Shown: in pieces, positions 10,460-19,257 of the stretch
Layout: every line of letters begins with the position of its first letter
How positions within the stretch are numbered: position 1 is the stretch's first letter
Source of the DNA: Promethearchaeia archaeon
GTDB lineage: Archaea > Asgardarchaeota > Lokiarchaeia > Sigyniarchaeales > SOKP01
DNA: 64,000 bases
Direction: 5' to 3'
Assembly (NCBI GenBank): GCA_029856045.1
Contig: JAHQWG010000033.1
Location: 52,397 to 116,396, forward strand
The notes under the pieces: generated by a model
Database searches by the model: none
What the model saw: only the letters and a program-made list of their open reading frames with translations
Told to the model about the DNA's origin: nothing
Position numbers and translations under genes: made by a program

Positions 10460-10843
10460 CTATAGTGCCATAAGTTTCCCAAATATTGTCAATTTTTTCA
10501 ATCCACGCAACTTTATTTTCCTTGTGATCCATTTTTTCAATAAAGTGCCTGTAGATAACCCCTCCTCAAAAACCTTAGCTAATAGATTAAAGGGGCCTTC
10601 AAATAAGCCATCATATTTTAAACTTTTCAAGGTTTCTTTGTCGTTTTTAACATCTTCAACATCTATAGTACCTTTATCAATTTTTATTAGAGCAGCACGT
10701 TTTTGATCTTTAGGATTAACTAATATCTTAACTTCAACTTCTGCAAATTCTTCTATAAATTCTTCCATGGTATTCAAGGGCTCAACCAGCTTCCATACAA
10801 TACCTGCAAATCCTTTCATTCTTTTAGGTTTTTCTTCAGACAT
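10460..10843 (-). CDS. SCP2 (sterol carrier protein 2)-like lipid-binding domain protein
   Basis: 127 aa. KILVNPKDQKRAALIKIDKGTIDVE followed by a C-terminal RKIKLRGLKKLTIFGKLM resembles the SCP2 pattern (..idl..G...v.. / Gklki.G.m..a.kl). Confidence 0.5.
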   Translation of the reverse strand: MSEEKPKRMKGFAGIVWKLVEPLNTMEEFIEEFAEVEVKILVNPKDQKRAALIKIDKGTIDVEDVKNDKETLKSLKYDGLFEGPFNLLAKVFEEGLSTGTLLKKWITRKIKLRGLKKLTIFGKLMAL

Positions 10844-10999
10844 TTAAAATCGTTAAAATAATTAATTTAAATAAATATTCATTATTTTGAATTAAACTTT
10901 TTAATTTAAATAATCTTTTTATTTCAGATTGAAATAAAATTATGCTAAATAAATGAAGAAGAAGTTAACTATTAATAATCTTCAACCTAGAGACATGAA

Positions 11000-11263
11000 T
11001 TAGTATGTCGGATTCTCAGTTTTACCAAAAAATTCTTCAAAAGCTTTTCTATCATCTTCAGAGATTTTTTTACGTCGTTCAGATTCCTCCACGATAATAG
11101 GGGCCTTTTCACTCTCTGAATGTTGAATTTTTTTAATTATTTTATATTCATCTTTGCTTGTAAATTTATATTCACAATCACATGCTCTACAGTATAGAAT
11201 CTTTTTCCCCTTTTTTGGAATCAAAATATTATTGCATTTTGGGCAAAATTGCACTTGTACCAC
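11000..11263 (-). CDS. zinc-ribbon protein resembling the N-terminal ribbon of TFS / RNA polymerase subunit M
   Basis: 87 aa with a GTG start. FCPKCNNILIPKKGKKILYCRACDCEY matches the TFS/RpoM N-terminal ribbon. No second C-terminal ribbon with the acidic hairpin is present. Confidence 0.55.
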   Translation of the reverse strand: MVQVQFCPKCNNILIPKKGKKILYCRACDCEYKFTSKDEYKIIKKIQHSESEKAPIIVEESERRKKISEDDRKAFEEFFGKTENPTY

Positions 11264-11509
11264 CTAATTTTTGTAATATTGTTTTCTTTTTTTCATCCAC
11301 AATAATTATTTCAACAAATTTACTTAACTTACTTTTTATATAAATAATTGTTTTTAAATTTATCTACTACAAACCATAAAATTTTTAACCTAAAAAATTT
11401 TTATAATAAATCCGGTATATAAAATTTGCTATTTTTTATTAATTACTGATTGACTATATTCTAATTTGAATTAATAAAATTTTTAATAATCATTTCTTTA
11501 TTTTTATAT

Positions 11510-12289
11510 ATGTTAGTTATGGCACATAGAGGTGCAAGTTCTGAAGCTCCAGAAAATACATTAATTGCTTTTTCTAAAGCTGTAGAAATTGGGGCTGATT
11601 ATATTGAATTTGATATTCGTTTAACCAAAGATAATGAAATTATCATAATGCACGATGAAAATACTAAAAGAACTACTGGTTATGATGGATTAATTAAAGA
11701 TATGACACTCAGTGAATTAAAAAAATTAAATTGTGGTAATGAAGCAATAGATGCTGAAATTCCTACACTGGAAGAAATCATCAATCTCAAGAGGGGAAAT
11801 ACAAAATTACAAATAGAAATGTGTTCCCTTGGATTGATTGAGCCATTATATAGTCTTCTAAAAAAGTATGATTTAATGGATTTAGTATTAGTAAGTTCAT
11901 TTAGATTGGAAGAATTATTAAAATTACAACGTTTAAATCCAGATTTAAAATTAGCTTCACTTCATACGGCGCAACCTGGGGTTTTCGAAGAATTAAATCC
12001 CAATTTAAAATCAGAAACACTTAAAATAACTAAGTCTGGATGGGTTTTGGACTCCAAATATCGGAAAGCAATAGTTGATTTTGCAGTTAGACATAAATTT
12101 TATGCGATTAATCCTTATTTTTTTTTTGCTGATGAGGAAATGATTAACTATGCTCATGAAAATAATATTTTATTCAGCATATGGACAGTAAATAGAAAAA
12201 TGTCATTTAAAAAGTATATTAAAATGGGAGTAGACGGAATTTTTACAGATAATCCTAGACTCTTAATAAAATTATTAAAAGAAATTTAA
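11510..12289 (+). CDS. glycerophosphodiester phosphodiesterase (GDPD family)
   Basis: 259 aa. AHRGAS..APENT, EFDIRLTKDNEIIIMHD and a C-terminal GVDGIFTDNP are canonical GDPD motifs. Confidence 0.88.
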   Translation: MLVMAHRGASSEAPENTLIAFSKAVEIGADYIEFDIRLTKDNEIIIMHDENTKRTTGYDGLIKDMTLSELKKLNCGNEAIDAEIPTLEEIINLKRGNTKLQIEMCSLGLIEPLYSLLKKYDLMDLVLVSSFRLEELLKLQRLNPDLKLASLHTAQPGVFEELNPNLKSETLKITKSGWVLDSKYRKAIVDFAVRHKFYAINPYFFFADEEMINYAHENNILFSIWTVNRKMSFKKYIKMGVDGIFTDNPRLLIKLLKEI

Positions 12290-12431
12290 AATGATAAATA
12301 ATTTCATTGAAACACTGAGACGGAAAACCAGATTTTCTAATATATTTAAATATCTTATACTTTTAAGATAAATGCAAGTAATTAATTTTTTATGTTTTAT
12401 TACTCAAATTAAGGTAGGTTGATGGATCATT

Positions 12432-12800
12432 ATGAAAAAAATACTTGTTGTTGATGATGAACGCGATACTGTAAGGCTCACAAAAAAGATTCTCGAGGAT
12501 GATGACTTCGAAGTTATACCTTCATATGATGGAGAAGAAGCATTAGAAATAATTGAACAAAAATACAGTGATATTGATCTAATCCTCTTAGATATTATGA
12601 TGCCAATAAAATCTGGTTTTTCTGTGTTAGAAGAATTAAAAAATGATGAACGATTTAAAAATATCCCCGTCATTTGTTTTACAATAAAAAATTTTAATGA
12701 GGATATTCAAAAAGCTAAAAAATTGGGTGCTTGTGGATATTTAGTCAAACCATTTTCAGGGAATCAATTAATTACGTACGTGAAAAATAAACTTCAATGA
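12432..12800 (+). CDS. single-domain response regulator (CheY-like receiver)
   Basis: 122 aa. KILVVDDE, phospho-acceptor context LILLDIMMP, conserved K in YLVKPF. The antisense ORF 12404..12673 is judged spurious. Confidence 0.88.
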   Translation: MKKILVVDDERDTVRLTKKILEDDDFEVIPSYDGEEALEIIEQKYSDIDLILLDIMMPIKSGFSVLEELKNDERFKNIPVICFTIKNFNEDIQKAKKLGACGYLVKPFSGNQLITYVKNKLQ

Positions 12801-12842
12801 TTGTTATGGAAGATAAACCCAGAAGTTAATCTAAAAAATTCA

Positions 12843-13646
12843 TTATCTTTCTATTTCTTCTATTCCCTTATAGGTTCCAGTAAGTGGCTTCCCGGGGGAT
12901 CCTTGATAAAAGAGCTCATTCAATTTCCCTTTCCAATGCTTGTGAATTACCGTATTTGGAAAAATTACATAATTTTTATCAATTAAAGCTCCACATCCTG
13001 AGATATTTCCTGGATAAATTACTGAATTTTCATTGATTTTAACTACAAACATATTAAGCCAGCCAAAAATTGAATTGACTGAATGAGACGACACTGCCGT
13101 TGAAGGATACATAAAAACATTATCTTGAATATCAGTAAATTCTAATCCCACAAAGACATCTTCCATTATAACATTTTTACCAATTTTATTATGACCGATT
13201 CTTCTTAAAGCCCTATTGAGTAACCAAGGAAATGGAGATTTCCCAGATAGCCACACAGGAAATTTAATTATAAATCCTCTTAAATGATAATATTTAATTA
13301 AACGAGTTTCAGGAGTTTCTTTATCTAGAAACATTCTTGGAAAAACTCCTTCTTGAGGGGGACTTTTTTTATTCCATTTCCTAACTAAAATTGCAGCAAA
13401 TTCAATTAATAAAATAATATAAATATAAAGAAGCAATAAAAACAAGGGGGGTAAAAATAAAAATATCCAAATTATATCTACTGACAATTTAATCATTATG
13501 AAGAGAAATAAAAGAAAGAGTCCCATACAAGGATAAAGTGGAATTACAAAACTAAGCATATTTAATCCAAAAAATGTTGAAACTGGTAAATCTACTGTTT
13601 GTTCCTTTTGTTCTACTTCATTACTTTCTTCGCTTCTGTTTTCCAT
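12843..13646 (-). CDS. membrane protein with a possible hexapeptide/left-handed beta-helix-like C-terminal region
   Basis: 267 aa. Two to three N-terminal TM helices, then an irregular hydrophobic periodicity (NVIMEDVFVGLEFTD..NSVIYPGNISGCGALIDKNYVIFPNTVI). Confidence 0.35.
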   Translation of the reverse strand: MENRSEESNEVEQKEQTVDLPVSTFFGLNMLSFVIPLYPCMGLFLLFLFIMIKLSVDIIWIFLFLPPLFLLLLYIYIILLIEFAAILVRKWNKKSPPQEGVFPRMFLDKETPETRLIKYYHLRGFIIKFPVWLSGKSPFPWLLNRALRRIGHNKIGKNVIMEDVFVGLEFTDIQDNVFMYPSTAVSSHSVNSIFGWLNMFVVKINENSVIYPGNISGCGALIDKNYVIFPNTVIHKHWKGKLNELFYQGSPGKPLTGTYKGIEEIER

Positions 13647-13751
13647 TGAATATATTTTATTAGCAAATTTTAAAATATTTTCTATTTTTTAATTTTATTC
13701 AATTTGGAGTTTTTATAAAATATTTTAAACATTCCAACCCTATCAATTATC

Positions 13752-14705
13752 ATGATCGACCCTTTCACCATATTTTCTGGAATTACTTTATCAATTATAG
13801 CAGCTTTTTGTTTTAATTATTCAATTATTTTAAATAAGAAAGGACTTTTGCAAGGATTACCTGATATCAACTTTGATCAAGGAGTAAAAAGTGTTGTAAA
13901 ATCATTTATTTCTTTTTTTAAAAATAGAGATTGGGCAATTGGATTCTTCTTAGGTATTATTGGATACCTACCGTATCTTATTTCTCAGAGTTTAGTGGGT
14001 ATTGTTGTTACACAACCAATAACAAGTGTTGGTTTAATTATATTAGTTTATTTTGCTCATAAAAAGTTGAATGAAAAAATTGGATATATTGAAATTATTT
14101 CATTTATATTAATGATTGGAGGTATTATTCTGATTGCTTTTGCTCAAGTCTCAGATATTTTTATTGACATTTTAAACATCGCATTACTATTAATTCTTTT
14201 TAACTTAGTATTAATCGGGATTTCAATAGGACTTTTTTTTATGGCATTAAGGAATAAAGGAAAAGGTATTGAAAGTGTTTTAATAATGATAATTGCTGGG
14301 TTAATAACTTCGATTGGTTCAATACTCTCGGGTGCTTTAGTATTAACATTAAATAGTGGTGAATTCTTTACAATTCCTCTATTAGGAATTTTTGAAATTT
14401 TTTTTGGGATATTTTGGTTCGAAACTTACCATATTTGGGCATTTATTTGCTTTTGGGGATTAATTATCTTTAATATAATTGGATATACATTTGTTCAAGC
14501 AGGATTACAGAGAGGAAAAGCTGTATTAACATTTCCCATATCAAATACCACAAATTTGATTGTTCCTTTAATTGCTGGATTATTTATATTTCAGCAATCT
14601 TTTCAAAATTACTTCTTATTTTTTATAGGAGCAATCTCAATTACGATTGCGACAATTATTTTATCAAGATTCCAAGCAAAAATCGAAAAAATTGAAATGC
14701 TCTAA
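13752..14705 (+). CDS. polytopic membrane transporter, DMT superfamily (EamA/NIPA-like)
   Basis: 317 aa, about 9-10 predicted TM helices arranged as two similar halves. Confidence 0.45.
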   Translation: MIDPFTIFSGITLSIIAAFCFNYSIILNKKGLLQGLPDINFDQGVKSVVKSFISFFKNRDWAIGFFLGIIGYLPYLISQSLVGIVVTQPITSVGLIILVYFAHKKLNEKIGYIEIISFILMIGGIILIAFAQVSDIFIDILNIALLLILFNLVLIGISIGLFFMALRNKGKGIESVLIMIIAGLITSIGSILSGALVLTLNSGEFFTIPLLGIFEIFFGIFWFETYHIWAFICFWGLIIFNIIGYTFVQAGLQRGKAVLTFPISNTTNLIVPLIAGLFIFQQSFQNYFLFFIGAISITIATIILSRFQAKIEKIEML

Positions 14706-14734
14706 AAAGAAAAGGAATAGAAATATAAATCTCA

Positions 14735-16813
14735 TTATATAATATATTTTTTTCCATATTCTGGAATTACAATTTTTATATCATTTAGTTTCAATGATAA
14801 AAATAAATTAGGATATTGTGTGTGAATTGGAAAAACAACTTTTGGTTTAATTTGATTAATAATATATTCTAGATCTTTTATTCTTGCATGTCCGGAGCAA
14901 TGTACTTGATAAAAGTTCCTCTCTTCGATTTTAAACAATTTCAACCAACTCATTAGTTTTTCATGTTCTAATTCCATTTCCGGTTCAAAAGGTTCCGATT
15001 TTGAATGAATGAAAACACTTCCTGGAACGGGACGTAAATCTATCAAACTAAAAAGCGACCAGAAAGGTAAATAAATTACATATAATCCTTGATTGTTTGC
15101 GATATCGTCGATAGTAATTGGCTTAACTTGATTATTTATTTCAAAATCTTGTTTTGTTTCCTCTTCAAACATATTCTTACTTGCAGGAGAATATGTATAA
15201 TCTTCTTTCTCATATAGTCCCCAACCTTTCCTTGAGAGGTAAGGAACTAAATCCATATCTAAAGGTGGAATATTCGAATAATCTCCCTTTATATTATATT
15301 TCTTATCTTTTAGAGCGTAATTTAATCTTTCAATTAATTTATAAGTATTTGGCATAATTGCTAATTTTCTTCCATTATTTTTAGCTGCTTTAAAAAATGA
15401 ATTAATTCGACTTAAATCTCTCAAGGAACAAGCAAACATAACTAAACCATTTGTTTCTTCAATTATTTTTGTAATTTTCTCTTCTAATATATCCTCACTT
15501 TCAACCTCTCCCATCTCTCTTGAGCCACTAATATTAGTTCCTTCACATATTAGAACATCTGGCTCGAATTTTCTTCCAATCTCTATAAAATTTAATGTTT
15601 TTTGTTTTAAATTCGATGGGCCATGCATTCTAATATCTCCTGTATATATTATACGTTTATTATTTTCAATATCTTCAATTAAATATGCTCCAGCTCCAGA
15701 GGTTGAATGATCTACTTCATGGAATTTTATTTTAAATGCCCCATTAACTTTTTTTTCACCTAAAAAATAATCCAAAGTTAATTCTTCATTTGAATTTAAA
15801 GTAATAAAGCTCCTCTCTTTCATTTTAATATCTCTTTTATATCCTCTCCTAAGCTTAGTAAAATCTGCTCTATATGGAACCAAAATAAAATTCTCCATAT
15901 ATTGAGTAATACCAGAAAAAGTATCACTTTGAATAAATTCAAAATGATCGAGAAATTCCTTAGAGATTTTACTACTAACATTAATCACTCGGGGATCTAT
16001 AATCTTTATATCCGAAACATGATCAGAGTGAGAGTGAGTTATTAACACATGACTAATTTGAGATTCACCTATTGGGTTATAACCAAATCTTTTATTCCAA
16101 ATTTCATAATTACGTTGATATTTTTGTTTAGAATCATATTTTTTTTTAGTTACTTCACCTGTAATATTGAAAATATACCATTTTTCATTAAAAAAACTAC
16201 AATCTATTTTAGCTAATTTATCTCCAAATGCTTTAATAATTGTATTCAATGACTCCTTAACTTCCTCTGCACCATCAAGTCCCGCTTTCGATATAAGAGT
16301 AAATAAATTGTCTTCATCAATTTTAAAAAATGTAATAAATTTATCTAAATGTTTTTCTGTTAGATTTATTATTTCTCGTATCCCTCCATACTCAATACTG
16401 AATGTTATGCTAATGTTATAGCCAAATTGTGGATTTCCATAATATTTTGTTTCAAGAATATCAATATTTTTGCAAGGGATATGTATGTTTAGAAATTTGT
16501 TATCATCTGATTCAATTATTCCTAATTCTCTTACTTTTGTAGCAATACCTACTTTTTGTTTTAAAAAATATAAATCCTCTCTATAAAGACCATGAAATGG
16601 CGTACCGGGTTTAGGTTCCGGGATAAACCCTAAAGTTATATAATCCTCAATAATATTGAATTTTCGAGGATTTAAAAAAGTGTCAAGATATTGATTACTA
16701 AAATCTTTTCCAAAATCAAGTAGAATAGACTTTTTATTTTTATTTTCAGGAGAAACAAGAATTTTATTGCCACCGATTTTTCCAACTCCACCCCAAAATG
16801 AAATTGTTGTCAT
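14735..16813 (-). CDS. RNase J-like metallo-beta-lactamase/beta-CASP nuclease with a large insertion
   Basis: 692 aa. GGVGKIGGNKILV..ILLDFG, HxHxDH as THSHSDH (aa 259-265), VDHSTSGAGAY, IYTGDIRMHG, VLICEGTN, C-terminal HCSGHA..PIHT. About 227 aa separate the first Asp and HxHxDH, against a few tens in typical members. Confidence 0.75.
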   Translation of the reverse strand: MTTISFWGGVGKIGGNKILVSPENKNKKSILLDFGKDFSNQYLDTFLNPRKFNIIEDYITLGFIPEPKPGTPFHGLYREDLYFLKQKVGIATKVRELGIIESDDNKFLNIHIPCKNIDILETKYYGNPQFGYNISITFSIEYGGIREIINLTEKHLDKFITFFKIDEDNLFTLISKAGLDGAEEVKESLNTIIKAFGDKLAKIDCSFFNEKWYIFNITGEVTKKKYDSKQKYQRNYEIWNKRFGYNPIGESQISHVLITHSHSDHVSDIKIIDPRVINVSSKISKEFLDHFEFIQSDTFSGITQYMENFILVPYRADFTKLRRGYKRDIKMKERSFITLNSNEELTLDYFLGEKKVNGAFKIKFHEVDHSTSGAGAYLIEDIENNKRIIYTGDIRMHGPSNLKQKTLNFIEIGRKFEPDVLICEGTNISGSREMGEVESEDILEEKITKIIEETNGLVMFACSLRDLSRINSFFKAAKNNGRKLAIMPNTYKLIERLNYALKDKKYNIKGDYSNIPPLDMDLVPYLSRKGWGLYEKEDYTYSPASKNMFEEETKQDFEINNQVKPITIDDIANNQGLYVIYLPFWSLFSLIDLRPVPGSVFIHSKSEPFEPEMELEHEKLMSWLKLFKIEERNFYQVHCSGHARIKDLEYIINQIKPKVVFPIHTQYPNLFLSLKLNDIKIVIPEYGKKYII

Positions 16814-16939
16814 CTTTAAATACCTCTTATCAAATATATTTATAAAATCTAATTATTTATTAAATTAAACATTAAATGATTAACAAATCTTCACAGACTA
16901 ATAATTTATTAAAAAATTTCGCATTAATTAAAAATCAAA

Positions 16940-19123
16940 ATGAGTAAAGACAAGGACTCTAAAGATCTTTCAGAAGAGTTTATATTTGAATTTTTTGAGG
17001 AGGTTGAAGATACTTCTGTAAACGGTAAGGAACTGATAAAAAAATACTATACAATTAATTTTGAACAAGAACTAAATGAGGAGCAGCTTGAGATAGTAAA
17101 TAATATTAAAGGTCCAATGCTAGTAATCGCCGGAGCGGGTTCAGGTAAGACAAGGACTATTGTTTATTCTGTAGCTAGATTATTATTAAATGGAGTTCGC
17201 CCCTCTGAAATAATGCTTGTTACCTTTACTAATAAAGCAGCTCAAGAAATGATTAAACGTGTGGAAAAATTACTTGGCAAAAGACCGAAAGGAATATGGG
17301 CTGGAACTTTTCATTCCATGGCCAATCGATTTATTCGAATATATACCAAAACTCTTAGCTTGAAACCAAATTATACAATAATGGATGAATCTGATGCAAA
17401 TGCACTTATGAAGTTGGCAACTGATGAAATAAATATGAAAGAAATTGAAGAACGGTTTCCAACTTCTAAAATATGTAAGAATATATTGTCATATTCGATT
17501 AATTGTAATAAATCTATTCAAGAAGTTATTCTCTGGAAATATCCGCAATTTGATAGTAATAAAATACTCACGAAATTAAATGATACTTTTGAGATATACA
17601 AAAAGAAAAAAGCAAAAGATAATTTGGTTGATTTTGATGATTTATTAGTCTATTGGAATCTATTATTAGATGAAAGATCATTTGCTCAACGTATTGCAAA
17701 AAATATAAAATATATTTTAGTTGACGAATATCAAGATACAAATTATATCCAAGACGAGATTATTCATAAGATTACTATTCAAAATCCCGAACATAATATT
17801 ATGGCTGTTGGAGATGATGCACAAAGTATTTACGCATTTCGAGGAGCAAATTTTCAGAATATTTTAAATTTTTCAAAAAAGTTTAGTAATTGTAAAGTTT
17901 ATAAAATCACTTATAATTATCGCAGCATTCCTGAAATTCTTGATCTAGCAAATAATTCAATTCAATACAATAAAAAGCAATACAAAAAAGATATGAAAAC
18001 CACTCGACGTAATGGAGTAAAACCTTATCAAGTTAATGTAGGAGACGATGAAGATCAGGCAAAATTCATTGCCAACCAAATTTTAACATTGCGTTCAAAA
18101 AATTTTAAATTAAATGAAATGGCTGTCCTTTATCGTGCTGGGTTTCATTCTATGAAGATTGAATTAGAACTCCAAGCCAAAAATATACCGTATGAAGTAC
18201 GATCAGGTGTATCATTTTTTGAAAGGGCGCATATAAAAGATTTGATTGCTCACTTACGAATAATTGAGAATCCTTATGATGAGTTATCATGGTCTCGAAT
18301 TTTTTCTATGATCCCGGGATTTGGGACAATTTCTGGTTCAAAAATTTTTAGTGTCATATCTCAGACTGAGCATCCCATCGAATCTATATTAAATAAAACA
18401 TTTTTTTCAGGAAAATTGAAAGGAGAAAGAATTCCAAAAGATGGACTAAGAAATCTAAGAGTTCATATAAAACAATTAATTACACTTTCCCGTGAAGATA
18501 ATCCTTCTGAAGTGATATTGAATCTTACTGAATTACTTGAAGATCGACTAAAATCAAAATATTCCGATTGGTATGATCGCTTAGATGATTTAAAACAACT
18601 TAGTATTTATGCTACAGATTTCAAAACAATTCAGCTATTTTTAGAGCAAATGAGCTTAAATGTATCCGAATTAGATTCAAGAACTACATCATTAGGTTCT
18701 AAAAAAAAAGATGAAAAACCGTTAGTTCTTTCAACTATCCATCGAGCAAAAGGTCTAGAATGGCGAGTTGTCTTTATTCCTATGCTATCTGAAGATTATT
18801 TTCCATCTCATAGAGTAGTGGGTGATGAGAATGCTTTTGAGGAAGAACGAAGAGTATTTTATGTAGCAGTGACTAGAGCAAAAGATCAGTTATTTATGAT
18901 ATCTCCCTCTGTTATTTCTGGATTTAAGGGAAAACAAACAGCAAGACTATCCCAATTTGTATCCGAGTTAAATCCTAAATATTATTTAAAATCAAAAGTT
19001 CGGTTTAAATCAACTCCGATTGAATATAAAAAAGGCAGAAAAAGGCAGAAAAGGCATTATGATACTAGCTCTTCGTTTATCTCAGCTGATACTCTATTAG
19101 ATGATAAAAAGAAGAAAAAATGA
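16940..19123 (+). CDS. UvrD/PcrA/Rep-type superfamily 1 DNA helicase
   Basis: 727 aa. Walker A AGAGSGKTRT, VDEYQDTN, GDDAQSIYAFRGA, YNYRS, TIHRAKGLEW, YVAVTRAK. Confidence 0.92.
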   Translation: MSKDKDSKDLSEEFIFEFFEEVEDTSVNGKELIKKYYTINFEQELNEEQLEIVNNIKGPMLVIAGAGSGKTRTIVYSVARLLLNGVRPSEIMLVTFTNKAAQEMIKRVEKLLGKRPKGIWAGTFHSMANRFIRIYTKTLSLKPNYTIMDESDANALMKLATDEINMKEIEERFPTSKICKNILSYSINCNKSIQEVILWKYPQFDSNKILTKLNDTFEIYKKKKAKDNLVDFDDLLVYWNLLLDERSFAQRIAKNIKYILVDEYQDTNYIQDEIIHKITIQNPEHNIMAVGDDAQSIYAFRGANFQNILNFSKKFSNCKVYKITYNYRSIPEILDLANNSIQYNKKQYKKDMKTTRRNGVKPYQVNVGDDEDQAKFIANQILTLRSKNFKLNEMAVLYRAGFHSMKIELELQAKNIPYEVRSGVSFFERAHIKDLIAHLRIIENPYDELSWSRIFSMIPGFGTISGSKIFSVISQTEHPIESILNKTFFSGKLKGERIPKDGLRNLRVHIKQLITLSREDNPSEVILNLTELLEDRLKSKYSDWYDRLDDLKQLSIYATDFKTIQLFLEQMSLNVSELDSRTTSLGSKKKDEKPLVLSTIHRAKGLEWRVVFIPMLSEDYFPSHRVVGDENAFEEERRVFYVAVTRAKDQLFMISPSVISGFKGKQTARLSQFVSELNPKYYLKSKVRFKSTPIEYKKGRKRQKRHYDTSSSFISADTLLDDKKKKK

Positions 19124-19257
19124 AAATGCAAAATGCTATATTTACTATTAATTAATTTCTTATTCTATTATCTGATAAGTGCATTTAATAATTGCAATCC
19201 CTTAATATTTAAAACTCTTTTAATAAGTTTTTTAAATTAAATAATAAGCTTTAAATT

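Noticed and set aside
12404-12673. 89-aa minus-strand ORF overlapping the response-regulator gene
   Set aside because: It is a Ser/Ile-rich low-complexity translation lying antisense to a gene with clear receiver-domain motifs, a typical shadow ORF in AT-rich DNA.
12801-12986. 61-aa plus-strand ORF immediately after the response regulator
   Set aside because: It overlaps the 3' end of the longer minus-strand membrane-protein ORF (12843..13646) and has no motif or RBS.
14735-19123. RNase J-like nuclease plus UvrD helicase as an anti-phage defence system
   Set aside because: Both proteins carry housekeeping-type motifs, and the nuclease is RNase J-like (RNA metabolism). No ATPase, TOPRIM, methylase or other defence hallmark accompanies them. 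It is kept only as a low-interest adjacency note.
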